Positions 1 to 10,069 are shown, counted from the stretch's first letter. The stretch: DNA of 40,000 bases from an uncultured Solirubrobacterales bacterium (GCA_963764365.1 CAVXSI010000020.1:302873-342872), one strand, 5' to 3'. The notes: generated from the sequence alone by a model not told the origin. Made by a program: numbers and translations.

Positions 1-2001
1 GGCGATCCAGGTAGGAGAGCGTCAGGGTGGAGACGAGGAAGAGCGCGCCGACGCCGAGGCTGATCGCCTGCAGGACGGAGATCAACCCGGTCAGCTCGGC
101 GAGCAGTTCGCGCTCCGCCGAGATCGCCGAGGCCTTCGAGGTCACCCGCGCCACGGCGGGATCGGCGCGCAGGCGGCGGGCGGCGGTCGCGTTCCCGGCG
201 ACGAGCAGGCCGGTCGCACGGCCGGGGAGGCCGAGCAGCCGAGCGGCCTCGGCCCGCGGCAGGTAGGTCTGTTCGGTCGCCAGGGTGCGGGCGATGCCGG
301 CGACGCGGACCGTGGCGCGGTGCCCCGAGGTGCGCAGCGCGACCTCGTCCCCCGGGGCGGCGCCGAGCTTGTCCGCGGTCTGCGCGCTGAGCACGATCCG
401 TCCCGGCCCGGGACCGGAGCCGGCGGTGAGGTCGAGCTGCAGCAGAGCCGGGCGTCGCGGCAGCCCGGTGAGCTGCACGCCGGCGTGGCCCGCGCCGCCG
501 GCCGCGCTCAGTTCCGCCGGTCCCTTCACCGTCGCCTCGGCGCGCGCCGCCCCGGCTCGCTTCGCGAGCGCCGTCGCCCGGCCGTCGGACAGCGGATGCG
601 CGAGGTCGGCCGAGTGGGTCCAGCCCTGGTTGGCGAACGCCGCGTCTACCGAGCTGTCGGTCGAGGAGACGAGGATGTTGAGCGCCGCCCCGAGCCCGAC
701 CGCGCCGGCGATACTGACCACGGTGGCCGCGCTGAGGAGGGGCCTGCGCAGCAGCCCGCGCAGGCCGTAGGTGAGCGCCGGGGGGCCGACCGCGGTCAGT
801 CGCTGCAGCCAGCCGGGCAGCTCGAAGGAGCCGACGCTCTCGCCGCGCAGGGCCTCGATCGGGTCGAGGCGGGCGAGCCGGTAGGCGGGGAAGACGGCGG
901 CGAGCAGCGTCGCGATCATCGCCAGGCCGGCCGCCAGGGCGAGCGGTTCGAGCGCCAGCGGGTACTGGGTGCCGGGGAAGCCGACCGCGCTCGAATACTC
1001 GTTCGCGACCAGCCGCCCGACGCCGATCGTCACCCCGACCGCGAGCGCCGCGCCGAGCACGGCCAGCGCCGCCGCCGGCAGCAGCACCGAGGCGACCACG
1101 GTGCGCGGCGGATAGCCGATCGCGAGCAGCGCCCCCAGCTCGCGGCGCTGCGAGCTGACCAGGCGGCGCAGGCTGAGCGCGATCAGGAGCAGCCCGACGA
1201 TCCCGAAGACGACTCCCATCACCGGCGCGAAGATCGAGAAGCTGTGGATGTCGGCGTTGGTCAGGCGCAATCCGTACTGGCGCGAGCGAGGCGTGACCCG
1301 GGCGACCGGCAGGCCCGCCGCGAGGCGATGGGCGGCGCGTCCGTCGCCGCCGCCGGGGAGGTCGGCGGCGAGGTCGTTGGCGCGGCCGCGCAGCCCGGTC
1401 AGCCGCTGCAGCGAGCCGCGCGGCAGGAAGGCGACGGCGAGCGAGCCGCGCTGGGGGACGAGGTAGTCGGGGTTGGCGGTCGCCAGCAGGTACTCGGGGC
1501 TGCGGGCCAGGCCCCGCACCTGCATGGCGAGCTCGCGGCCGGCGATCCGCAGGCGGAGGCGATCGCCGGGGTGGATGCCGAGGCGATCGGCGTAGTCGGT
1601 GTCGATCACCGCCCCCCTCGGCGCGCCGGAGTCGAGTCCCCGGCCGGCGGTGACGGCGAGGCGGTTGAGCGGGGCCTCCACCGGCATCCCGACGACCTCG
1701 GCGGTGCTCTGCGTGCCGCCGTACAGGGCCGCGCCGTCGAGGATCAGGCGCGTCTCCGCGCGGCGGGCGCCGACCGTGCGCGCCCGGGCCGCCAGCTGCC
1801 GCTGGGAGAGGGGATCGCGCAGGCGCAGGTCGAGGCCGGCGAGCGCGTAGCGCGAGTAGAAGGAGTCGCGGGTGTGTTCGACGTCGTGCAGGGCCAGCGA
1901 GATGCCCGCCGCCGTTCCCGGGCCGGCGCCGATCACGACGACGATCAGGACGGCCCGTAGCCCCATCGCCCGCAGGTCGCGGAATGCCTTGCGCCAGAGC
2001 A

Positions 2002-2002
<1 letters not shown>
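1..2002 (-). CDS. ABC transporter permease, FtsX/MacB-like (3' end beyond window edge)
   Basis: An open minus-strand frame runs from ATG (2002-2000) to the window edge. It is missing from the ORF track because no stop lies in the window. Hand translation begins MLWRKAFRDLRAMGLRAVLIVVVIGAGPGTAAGISLALHDV..., a typical FtsX-type N-terminal TM helix. The start overlaps the stop of the upstream ATPase (TGATG). Confidence 0.75.
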
Positions 2003-2712
<710 letters not shown>

Positions 2713-2819
2713 GCTCCTCCCCGAGATGTCGGCGGATCAACTCGACCGCCTGCATAGTTGCAGACTCGTGTATGCGATGCCTCGGTGCAGGTCGGTGGAT
2801 CCGGGAATCGACCCGCGCG

Positions 2820-3248
2820 CTACCGGAACCGCAGGACTTCGCTGCTGCGGGCGTAGCCGCCCGCCGGCTGCACCGTCTTCGCCACCGCCAGGGCGGAGCT
2901 TGCGTGGTGCGAGCCGACCGGCACGGTCAGGCTCTCGCTGCTGCCGCCGACGACCGCGAAGGGGACCTTGTGCTTGCGGCCGCCGGTCGAGAGGATCACG
3001 GTGCCGTTGCACGTGCCGTTGCGCGAGCCGGCGCACCTGACCTGCACCAGCGCGTCGCGCCCGAGCAGTTGCGCGCTGCCGCGGGCGAAGGAGAGGCTCA
3101 TCTGCGACGGGGCGTCGAAGGCCGAGCGGGCGCCGGCGGTCGTCGGGGCGGCCGCGGTGGCGAGAAGCGCGGCGGCGCAGAGGGTCGCCCCCAACCGCCG
3201 TTGCCACCTTCGCGAACTGCCAATGGGTCGAGCCGGGGTCGCATCCAT
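2820..3248 (-). CDS. Small secreted hypothetical protein
   Basis: The ORF 2820..3308 has an internal Met at 3248 that gives a signal-peptide-like N-terminus (RRWQRRLGATLCAAALLATAAAPTTAGA). I recognise no family. Confidence 0.4.
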   Translation of the reverse strand: MDATPARPIGSSRRWQRRLGATLCAAALLATAAAPTTAGARSAFDAPSQMSLSFARGSAQLLGRDALVQVRCAGSRNGTCNGTVILSTGGRKHKVPFAVVGGSSESLTVPVGSHHASSALAVAKTVQPAGGYARSSEVLRFR

Positions 3249-3396
3249 ACGGACATGGCACCACATCTGTACGAGAACTTCTCTCGGAGATTCGTCCAAC
3301 ATCGCCATTCAAGGCTAAAGGTCGTCAGTTCGAGCGCCGGTCCGCGCATCCATCCGGACGCTCAAGCCTTCGCGGATTGAGTCCGACCATTAGGTC

Positions 3397-5082
3397 ATGG
3401 CCCCCGAAATCGCCCAGATCGCAAGACCCAAACTTGGCCGCGGCCGCGGCCTGGTCGCCCTGCTCGCCGTCGCCTTCGCGGTTGCCTGGCCGGCCGTTGA
3501 GCGCGCCGACGCCGCTCCGTCTTGCCACGGCAAGAGGGCGACGATCGTCTCCAATGCCCGGAGGATCGTCGGCACCAAGGCGCCGGACGTGATCGTCGCC
3601 GGCGGCGGCGACAACACGATCTACGGCGAAGGCGGCAACGACCTGATCTGCGCCGGCGGCGGCAACGACACGGTCCACGCGGGCCGCGGCAGCGACACGG
3701 TGGTCGGCGACGGCGGCAACGACACGATCTACGGCGAACGGGGCTCCGACCACCTCTACGGCGGCGGTGGCGAAGACGCCCTGTTCGGCGAAAACGGCAA
3801 CGACAAGCTCGACGGCGGCGGCGGCAACGGCGACCGCGTCAACGGCGGCCCGGGCGACGACTCGCTCTCCGGCGGCCCGGGCGACTACGACATCCTCACC
3901 GGCGGCCCCGGCAGCGACAGGATCGACGGCGGCCCGGGCGCGCACGACGTCGCCTCCTACGCCGGCACCGGCGGCGCGGTGACGATCGACCTGCAGACAC
4001 AGCGCGTGAGCGGGGCGGAGCGAGAGCACATGAGCGGGATCGAGGACGCCCTCGGCGGCTCCGGCGACGACACGATCGTCGGCAACTCCGCGACCCCGAA
4101 CCGGCTCGACGGCGGCCCCGGCGATGACCGCCTCGTTCCCGCCGGCCCCGGCGACGAAGCCTTCGGCGGCCCCGGGTCGGACGAATGCAGCGCCGGCTTC
4201 TCGGGCGAGACCTCCTGCGGCCCGAGCCAGGGGATGAACGGCACCGCGGTCGAGCTCTACAGCAGCATCGACGGCGTCACCAGCCTGATCGTCACCGGCG
4301 GCGAAGGTCCCGACGCGGTCAACGTCGGCTTCGCCGGCGGCGCCTACACCGTCCACGGCGAACCGGGCGGAGCGCCGGTCCTGCTCGGCGATCCGACCTC
4401 GCCGGCCTGCGCCGCGGACGCCGCGGCGGACGCGGTCACCTGTCAGGGCCCGATCGCCTCGATCCTCGCCTCCCTCGACGGCGGCAACGACCGTTTCACG
4501 GTCGACGGCAGCGTGCCCTCCTCGGTCTCCTCGATCATCGACGGCGGCAAGGGCGACGACACGCTGCGCGGCGGCAAGGGCGACGACGTCCTCTACGCGG
4601 GCGAAGACCACGATCCCGACACGCTCGAAGGGGGAGGGGGGTCCGACGTCCTCTACGGAGTCAACATCTTCCACCCGCGCAAAGACAGCGGCGCCGCGAC
4701 GATGATCGGTGGCCCGGGCAGCGACCTGCTGATCGGCGGCCAGCCCTGTGACGGCGACCTCTTCGACGGCGGCCCGGGCGCCAACGACAGCGCCTCCTTC
4801 GCCCGCGTCCGCAACAGCGGCATCTTCGTCGAGGCGACGATCGGCGGCGCCGTGCTCGACCCCAACGTGGGCGGTTGCCACGCCGGTCACATCGACTCGA
4901 GCGTCGAGAAGATCGAGGGGTCGACGGGACCCGACATCCTCACCGGCGACGGCGGGCCGAACGTCCTGCTCGGCCGCGGCGGCAACGACCGGCTCGACGG
5001 GATGGGCGGCAACGACACTTGCGTTGGCGGCGGCGGTCGAGACCGCGCCCGCGGCTGCGAGCAGACGGCCTCGACTCCGTAG
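3397..5082 (+). CDS. Secreted hemolysin-type (RTX-like) calcium-binding repeat protein
   Basis: N-terminal signal peptide (GLVALLAVAFAVAWPAVERADA). There are many GGxGxD nonapeptide repeats (GGGDNTIYGEGGNDLICAGGGNDTVHAGRGSDTVVGDGGNDTIYG...), with further clusters near the C-terminus. Confidence 0.85.
   Translation: MAPEIAQIARPKLGRGRGLVALLAVAFAVAWPAVERADAAPSCHGKRATIVSNARRIVGTKAPDVIVAGGGDNTIYGEGGNDLICAGGGNDTVHAGRGSDTVVGDGGNDTIYGERGSDHLYGGGGEDALFGENGNDKLDGGGGNGDRVNGGPGDDSLSGGPGDYDILTGGPGSDRIDGGPGAHDVASYAGTGGAVTIDLQTQRVSGAEREHMSGIEDALGGSGDDTIVGNSATPNRLDGGPGDDRLVPAGPGDEAFGGPGSDECSAGFSGETSCGPSQGMNGTAVELYSSIDGVTSLIVTGGEGPDAVNVGFAGGAYTVHGEPGGAPVLLGDPTSPACAADAAADAVTCQGPIASILASLDGGNDRFTVDGSVPSSVSSIIDGGKGDDTLRGGKGDDVLYAGEDHDPDTLEGGGGSDVLYGVNIFHPRKDSGAATMIGGPGSDLLIGGQPCDGDLFDGGPGANDSASFARVRNSGIFVEATIGGAVLDPNVGGCHAGHIDSSVEKIEGSTGPDILTGDGGPNVLLGRGGNDRLDGMGGNDTCVGGGGRDRARGCEQTASTP
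3598..3960 (+). repeat. Tandem coding GGxGxDxUx nonapeptide repeats inside the RTX-like gene
   Basis: About 13 consecutive 27-nt units are visible in translation (aa ~68-188). Confidence 0.8.
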
Positions 5083-5090
5083 CGCCCGGC

Positions 5091-5470
5091 CAGGTACGGC
5101 ACGTCGAGATTCACGAGGCCCCACTCGGCGCAGGCGCGACCGGCTTCGGTCGCGTATCCGTGGCCCCAGGCTCCCGTCGCAACGCCCGGCCGAGCTCGGT
5201 CTCGTCGAACTGCGGCCAGTGTTTCAGCCCGCACCTGCCGAGGAAGGCACCGCTCTCTCCGTCCAGCACGGCGAGCACGCCGTGCTCGCGCTGCCGCCAT
5301 TCGCCTTCGTCTTTGCGGATCCGCTCCTCGGCAGCGGCCCGATCGAGCGGGCGTATGAACTGCGCCACTTCAGGATCCGCATGCAGGGCGGCGAACTCGT
5401 CGAGGTCGCCCATCGCCAAGGGCCGGAGCCGCAGTCGCCGGGTCTCGATCGGCACCCCGCGAGCGTACAT
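5091..5470 (-). pseudogene. GNAT (RimJ/RimL-type) N-acetyltransferase, frameshifted and 3'-truncated
   Basis: Frame 1 reads MYARGVPIETRRLRLRPLAMGDLDEFAALHADPEV...GRCGLKHWPQFDETELGRALRRE, then turns to nonsense. The family-typical continuation WGHGYATEAGRACAEWGLVNLDVPYL lies in another frame (ORF 4887..5300), with the shift near 5166-5172. Similarity stops at ~5091, just after the RTX gene stop (5082). Confidence 0.6.
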
Positions 5471-5489
5471 TTGCCGGGCGACCGCTCGG

Positions 5490-5534
5490 CGGTTGGCGAG
5501 TTTGTTTCGCATAGCGCAACAAACTCGCCAACCG
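5490..5534. repeat. Palindromic element A, copy 1 (17-bp stems, core CGCATAGCG)
   Basis: cggttggcgagtttgtt-tcgcatagcgc-aacaaactcgccaaccg. It matches the copy at 30047-30083 at 35 of 39 positions by hand alignment. It lies between the GNAT pseudogene and the tetR start. Confidence 0.8.
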
Positions 5535-5612
5535 CTGCCCGAATGTCCGATGTGCGATCGGTCCGTCCATTTCTGTATTAGTATCACCATTCAAGTTGGA
5601 GTTGCAATCTGA

Positions 5613-6284
5613 ATGAGCGGCAAGCGAAAAAGGGAGACCCGCGTCGAGAAGCAGGCCCGCACCCGGGCCGAGCTGATCGCGACCGCGGCCGAGGTCTTCG
5701 CCCGCCGCGGCTACAACGGCGCCTCGGTCGAGGAGATCGCCGAGCAGGCCGGCTACTCGCACGGCGCCGTCTACTCCAACTTCGACGGCAAGGCCGACCT
5801 CTTCCTCGCCGTCTTCGAGGACTACATGGCCGAGCGGGCGCGGGAGCTGGCGGCGACCCAGGTCGGCCTCGCCGACGACGCGCCGCTGGAGGTTCGCGCG
5901 CGGGCGCTCGCCGACCAGTGGATGGAGCGCTTCTCAAAGGACCGCGCCTCCGTCGTCCTGCACATGGAGTTCATCGCCCACGCCAGCCGCGACCCCGAGC
6001 TGGCCGGCCGCTTCGGCACCCGCTCGGCGGCGTTGCGCGAGGCCGTCGCCCACTACATCGCCGGCTACCAGGAGGAGGCCGGGACGGAGTTCGCGCTGCC
6101 GCCCGACGACCTGGCGATGGTGCTGCGGGCGCTCGGAATCGGCCTCGCGGTCGAAGCGCTGGTCAGTCCCGAGGCGGTGCGCAAGGACCTCTACGGCGAC
6201 TTCGTCGAGCTGCTGGTCGAGATGGCCCGCCAAGGCGGTTCCGCGGAACCGCCGGCGAAGCGGCGGCGCGCGGCGAAGTCGTGA
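5613..6284 (+). CDS. TetR/AcrR family transcriptional regulator
   Basis: N-terminal HTH region RAELIATAAEVFARRGYNGASVEEIAEQAGYSHGAVYSNFDGKADLF. Confidence 0.9.
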   Translation: MSGKRKRETRVEKQARTRAELIATAAEVFARRGYNGASVEEIAEQAGYSHGAVYSNFDGKADLFLAVFEDYMAERARELAATQVGLADDAPLEVRARALADQWMERFSKDRASVVLHMEFIAHASRDPELAGRFGTRSAALREAVAHYIAGYQEEAGTEFALPPDDLAMVLRALGIGLAVEALVSPEAVRKDLYGDFVELLVEMARQGGSAEPPAKRRRAAKS

Positions 6285-7033
6285 CCGCGCCCGCCTACGA
6301 CCGCATGGGAATCGACTACAGCCAGGTCCGTCGCGCCGACCCGCGCCTCGAGGCGGCGATCTGGGAGGCGCTCGGCAACGCGCGGAGCGTGCTCAACGTC
6401 GGCGCGGGCGCCGGCTCCTACGAGCCGCGGGACCGCGAGGTCGTCGCGGTCGAGCCCTCGCCGGTGATGATCGCCCAGCGGCCCGCGGGCGCCGCCCCCG
6501 CGATCCGGGGAGTCGCCGAGGATCTGCCGCTGGAGGACGGAAGCGTCGACGCGACGATGGGTGTGTTCACGATGCAGCACTGGGATGACGTCGACCGGGG
6601 GCTGGCCGAGGTGCGGCGCGTCACCCGGGACCGAGTCATCCTGCTCACCCTCGACCTCGACGCGACCGCGGAGATGTGGCTGTGCCGCGACTACCTGCCG
6701 GAGATCGTCGCGCACGATCGCGCGACGTTCCCCTCGATCGAGCATCTCGGAACCGTCCTGCCCAATCTGCGGATCGACACGGTGCAGGTGCCCGCCGACT
6801 GCGCCGACGGCTTCTGCGTTGCCCTCTGGAGCCGGCCGGAGGACCACCTCGACGCCGGCGTGCGCCAGGCCTCCTCGATCTGGCACCTGCTGTCGGACGC
6901 CGTCGTCGAGCCGGCACTGGAGCGGCTGCGCCGCGACCTCGCAAGCGGCGAGTGGGACCGCCGCTACGGGTACCTGCGCAAGCAGCCCTCCCTCGACATC
7001 GGCCTGCGCCTCGTCACCGCGGAGCTGCGTTGA
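6281..7033 (+). CDS. Class I SAM-dependent methyltransferase
   Basis: The GTG start overlaps the tetR stop (GTGA). Motif I is VLNVGAGAGSY, and the acidic loop VVAVEPS is present. Confidence 0.85.
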   Translation: MTAPAYDRMGIDYSQVRRADPRLEAAIWEALGNARSVLNVGAGAGSYEPRDREVVAVEPSPVMIAQRPAGAAPAIRGVAEDLPLEDGSVDATMGVFTMQHWDDVDRGLAEVRRVTRDRVILLTLDLDATAEMWLCRDYLPEIVAHDRATFPSIEHLGTVLPNLRIDTVQVPADCADGFCVALWSRPEDHLDAGVRQASSIWHLLSDAVVEPALERLRRDLASGEWDRRYGYLRKQPSLDIGLRLVTAELR

Positions 7034-7094
7034 CGGCGCGAGGCACGGCGATCTGTTCGACCGGATCTGGTCGAGTGGCGGGTAGCGCCGGTGC

Positions 7095-7592
7095 CTACTG
7101 AAGTGCCTCGCGGATGAACGCCGACTTGGCGTTCGTGTACCCCTCCCGATCGTTCGCGAAGCGCCGCGCGAGCTCGCGCTTCAGGGCGACGTATTCCTCC
7201 GCGATCCTCTTGTCGCTGCGTAGCCGATCGCGGAACGCCAGCTCGTCGGCATAGCGCCTGGAGTCGACCGGGACGAGGTGGAGGTGGTGAGTGCGGCGGC
7301 TCGGGTGCGGCTTGCAAAACCAGTGCATCTCGTCCGGCAGATACGGCGCGTACATGTAGTTGAGCTCGGCCAGCGGCTCGAAGCAAACCCGCGACTCCTC
7401 GAGGCTGCGGACGCCGGCAAGGATGTCGACGATCGGCTTCGCCTCCATCCCTGGCACGGCGGTGCTGCCGACGTGGTGTATGCCGCCGACGACCCACTCC
7501 CCGGTCGCTTCCTCCAGCGCCGCGCGCTCGTCCTCGAACCCGGCAGGCCAGGCAGGATCGTACGGGGAGAGATAAATCAGCTCGTCGGGCAC
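7095..7592 (-). CDS. GrpB family protein
   Basis: YDPAWPAGFEDE...IHHVGSTAVPGMEAKPIVDIL...HHLHLV, which is typical of the GrpB/UPF0157 family. Confidence 0.88.
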   Translation of the reverse strand: MPDELIYLSPYDPAWPAGFEDERAALEEATGEWVVGGIHHVGSTAVPGMEAKPIVDILAGVRSLEESRVCFEPLAELNYMYAPYLPDEMHWFCKPHPSRRTHHLHLVPVDSRRYADELAFRDRLRSDKRIAEEYVALKRELARRFANDREGYTNAKSAFIREALQ

Positions 7593-7748
7593 GGATAGCT
7601 CGGGTGGGCGGCGCTACTCGATCTGCGGATCATCCCTCAACGACCCATGCAAACAGCATTGACGCTGGGCGCATTGCCGGCCGCGCCGGGAAGGCTGGGA
7701 GGGCGTGCGCTCCGTTCTCCGGTGCGGCGTTCCTGACAGGATCGGCTC

Positions 7749-8345
7749 ATGCACCCAATGGAGCCGGTGGAGCTGCGAGGCGATTTAGTCGCGGTCGAGC
7801 CGTTGCGCGTTGAGCACGCAGCCGGCCTGCTTGCCGCCGCGGATGCCGAGGAGGTGTTCGCCTGGCTCCCCTACGCTCGGCTGGCGGATCTCGGCCAAGC
7901 GCAGGAATGGATCGAGGGTGCCCTCGCCGATCGACACGCCGAGCGTCGGTTCCCGTTCACCGTCATCGATGGGGTGCAGGGGGCCGTGATCGGCTCCACG
8001 TCCTATTGGGGCTTCGACGCCCACAATGCCCACGTCGAGATCGGTTCTACCTGGCTCGGCCGTGCCTGGTGGGGAACCGGGCGAAACGCGGAGGTAAAGC
8101 TGTTGCTGATGACGCACGCGTTCGAGACCCTTGAGCTTGAGCGCGTCGCCTTCCGCACCGACATCCGCAACGAGCGCTCACAGCGAGCGATAGAGCGGCT
8201 CGGCGCAACCAGGGAGGGAGTGCATCGACACGAGATGCGCCGACGCGACGGCAGCTGGCGCGACAGCGTCCACTACTCGATCCTTCGGTCCGAGTGGCCT
8301 GATGCCAAGGAGCGTTTGGTGACCGGATCTGAGGTCGTTAGCTGA
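7749..8345 (+). CDS. GNAT family N-acetyltransferase (RimJ/RimL-like)
   Basis: VEIGSTWLGRAWWGTGRNAEVKLLLMTHAFETLELERVAFRTDIRNERSQRAIERLGATREGVHR. Confidence 0.9.
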   Translation: MHPMEPVELRGDLVAVEPLRVEHAAGLLAAADAEEVFAWLPYARLADLGQAQEWIEGALADRHAERRFPFTVIDGVQGAVIGSTSYWGFDAHNAHVEIGSTWLGRAWWGTGRNAEVKLLLMTHAFETLELERVAFRTDIRNERSQRAIERLGATREGVHRHEMRRRDGSWRDSVHYSILRSEWPDAKERLVTGSEVVS

Positions 8346-8350
8346 TCGAG

Positions 8351-8753
8351 TCATCCGCGTGGCTCGACCTCGACCGGACAGCTGACGCTGTTGGCGATGA
8401 AGCAGCGCTCGTGGGCGCGGCGGTGCAGGGACTCGATCTGCTCGCCGTCAAGGTGGCGGTCAAACGCGACCTGGGGGCGCAGCACCACAGCGGTGAACCG
8501 GGTGCCGTCCATCGTTCCCTCGGGCTCGTCCACGTATGAGTTCACCCTCGCCCCCTCAGCCCGGGCCAGGCCGAGGAACCAGAGCATGTGACAGCTCGAC
8601 AGTGAGGCGACGAACATCTCCTCGGGGTCGGCCCTGTCGGGACTGCCTCCAAACTCCGCTGCGCTGGACGCGGCGAGCTTCTGGCCCCAGCTCCTCGAGA
8701 AGGGCCTTTCGTCTCTCCTCGGTTACCTGGATGCGAGGGTGTTGCGTCGGCAT
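8351..8753 (-). pseudogene. OsmC family protein with a decayed N-terminus
   Basis: The intact C-terminal 88 aa read (M)FVASLSSCHMLWFL...RCFIANSVSCPVEVEPRG. Upstream in the same frame the sequence continues FSRSWGQKLAASSAAEFGGSPDRADPEE, but there is an in-frame TAA at 8723-8725 and no start codon. Family-like N-terminal pieces (MPTQHPRIQV, GNRGET) sit in the two other frames. Confidence 0.5.
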
Positions 8754-9003
8754 CAAAGGCAGTGTGCCACCCGAGTACCACTTGCTGCGAGCTAGCCTCC
8801 GCGTCCATGGCCGAGCGAGCGGATGCCAAGGCGTCGTCCAGGAGCACGCGGCGACGCACGTCACTTCGACCTCCGCCTCGAGGTGGACGCGGCGATGCGC
8901 TCCTGGGCGGTCCTCAAGGGTCCCTCGATGGACCCCGCTGTCAAGCGCCTCGCCGTGCGACGAACTGCTGAGGGATGAAGCATGACCGCGACGATCAACT
9001 GAT

Positions 9004-9034
9004 ATGTACGGCAATGCCGTACATCGATGTACGG
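9004..9034. promoter_or_regulatory. Three alternating ATGTACGG half-sites forming two overlapping perfect palindromes
   Basis: atgtacggca-a-tgccgtacat (9004-9024) and ccgtacatcgatgtacgg (9017-9034). They lie in an AT-richer spacer downstream of the SDR gene. Confidence 0.35.
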
Positions 9035-9073
9035 TGAATCCGTTCAACGACAGGAACGAACGTTTGGTCTGAC

Positions 9074-9838
9074 TCAGCCCTTCTGCTCGGTCGGGCGGAT
9101 CAGGATCTCGTTCACGGAGACGTGCCAGGGGCGGGTGACCGCGTAGGCGATCGCGTCGGCGATGTCCTCGGACTCGAGTATCTGGGCGCCGGCGAAGCGC
9201 TCGCGCGCTCGCTCCCTGATCTCCTCGCGCAGGTGGTCGGTCAGCTCGGTCGCGACGGCGCCGGGCTCGACTATCGTCGAACGCACCCGGCGGTCGGCGA
9301 ACTCCTGGCGGAAGGACTCGCTGAAGGCTCCGACCCCGTGCTTGGTCAGGTTGTAGACGCCGGCGCCCTGGCGGGCGACGCGGCCGGCGACCGAGCTGAC
9401 GTTGACGACGTCGGCGCAGTTGCGGTCGGATTCCTCGGCTGCGGCGAGCAGGTGCGGCAGCGCCGCGTGGGTGGTGTTGATCAGGCCCTTGAGGTTGAGG
9501 TCGATCATCCGCTCCCATTCCTCGGTCGGCGCGTCCTCGATCGGCCCCAGCAGCATCACGCCGGCGTTGTTGACGAGGATGTCGAGCTGGCCGAGCTCGT
9601 CGACGGTGCGGCCGACCGCGGCGATCGCCTGTCCCTGGTCGGTGATGTCGGACTGGATCGCCAGCGCCGTGTGGCCCTCGCCGCCGATCTCCGAGGCCAG
9701 CCGCTCGAGCCGCTCCAGGCGCCGCGCCGCGACCGCGACCTTCGCCCCCCGCGCCGCCAGCGCCCTTGCGGTCGCCTCGCCGATGCCGCTGCTGGCGCCG
9801 GTGATCAGGGCGACGGTTCCGTCAAGTGAAGTGCTCAT
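9074..9838 (-). CDS. SDR family oxidoreductase
   Basis: TGASSGIG cofactor motif, NNAG, and catalytic YNLTK. Confidence 0.95.
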   Translation of the reverse strand: MSTSLDGTVALITGASSGIGEATARALAARGAKVAVAARRLERLERLASEIGGEGHTALAIQSDITDQGQAIAAVGRTVDELGQLDILVNNAGVMLLGPIEDAPTEEWERMIDLNLKGLINTTHAALPHLLAAAEESDRNCADVVNVSSVAGRVARQGAGVYNLTKHGVGAFSESFRQEFADRRVRSTIVEPGAVATELTDHLREEIRERARERFAGAQILESEDIADAIAYAVTRPWHVSVNEILIRPTEQKG

Positions 9839-9895
9839 CGCTTCGCGTTCCCTTCGGTCGATTTCGCCGGTCGGCCACTGTCAATACCCGATCCA

Positions 9896-9942
9896 CTCGA
9901 CAGTCATAGCTCAAGCCAAGCATCGCGCCTCACCGTCGACAG
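9896..9942. repeat. Direct repeat R, left copy (upstream of arsR)
   Basis: ctcgacagtcatagctcaagccaagcatcgcgcctcaccgtcgacag. It matches 17313-17354 at 38 of 42 aligned positions and carries a 5-nt (caagc) tandem duplication. Confidence 0.8.
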
Positions 9943-10042
9943 TCCGATGTCGCGCGGATGGAGCTGAGTGAGCACAACCCCAGCATCGGGCGACGCGCGA
10001 CCGGCGCGCGACCGGCGCGGCCGCGGCGCAACTTCAGCAGTT

Positions 10043-10069
10043 CCTAATCTTAATGAACTTTAAGCTAGG
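10043..10069. promoter_or_regulatory. Imperfect AT-rich inverted repeat, candidate ArsR operator
   Basis: cctaatcttaa-tgaac-tttaagctagg lies immediately upstream of, or overlapping, the first ATG of arsR. Confidence 0.3.

Noticed and set aside
3301-3314. Shared 13-mer ATC[G/A]CCATTCAAG at 3301-3313 and 5583-5595, both in divergent promoter regions.
   Set aside because: It is too short and there are only two copies. I cannot exclude chance, and it has no flanking structure.
3598-3960. Possible CRISPR-like or non-coding tandem repeat.
   Set aside because: The 27-nt periodicity is the coding GGxGxDxUx nonapeptide of an RTX-like protein. There are no spacers and no cas genes.
7585-7650. tRNA-like string (ggatagctcgggtgg...).
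   Set aside because: No acceptor, anticodon or T-arm pairing, and no GTTCGAATC-type T-loop, could be built by hand.
9995-10016. Tandem 2 x 11 nt repeat (gcgcgaccggc gcgcgaccggc).
   Set aside because: It is a simple GC-rich duplication in a spacer, with no further copies or structure.
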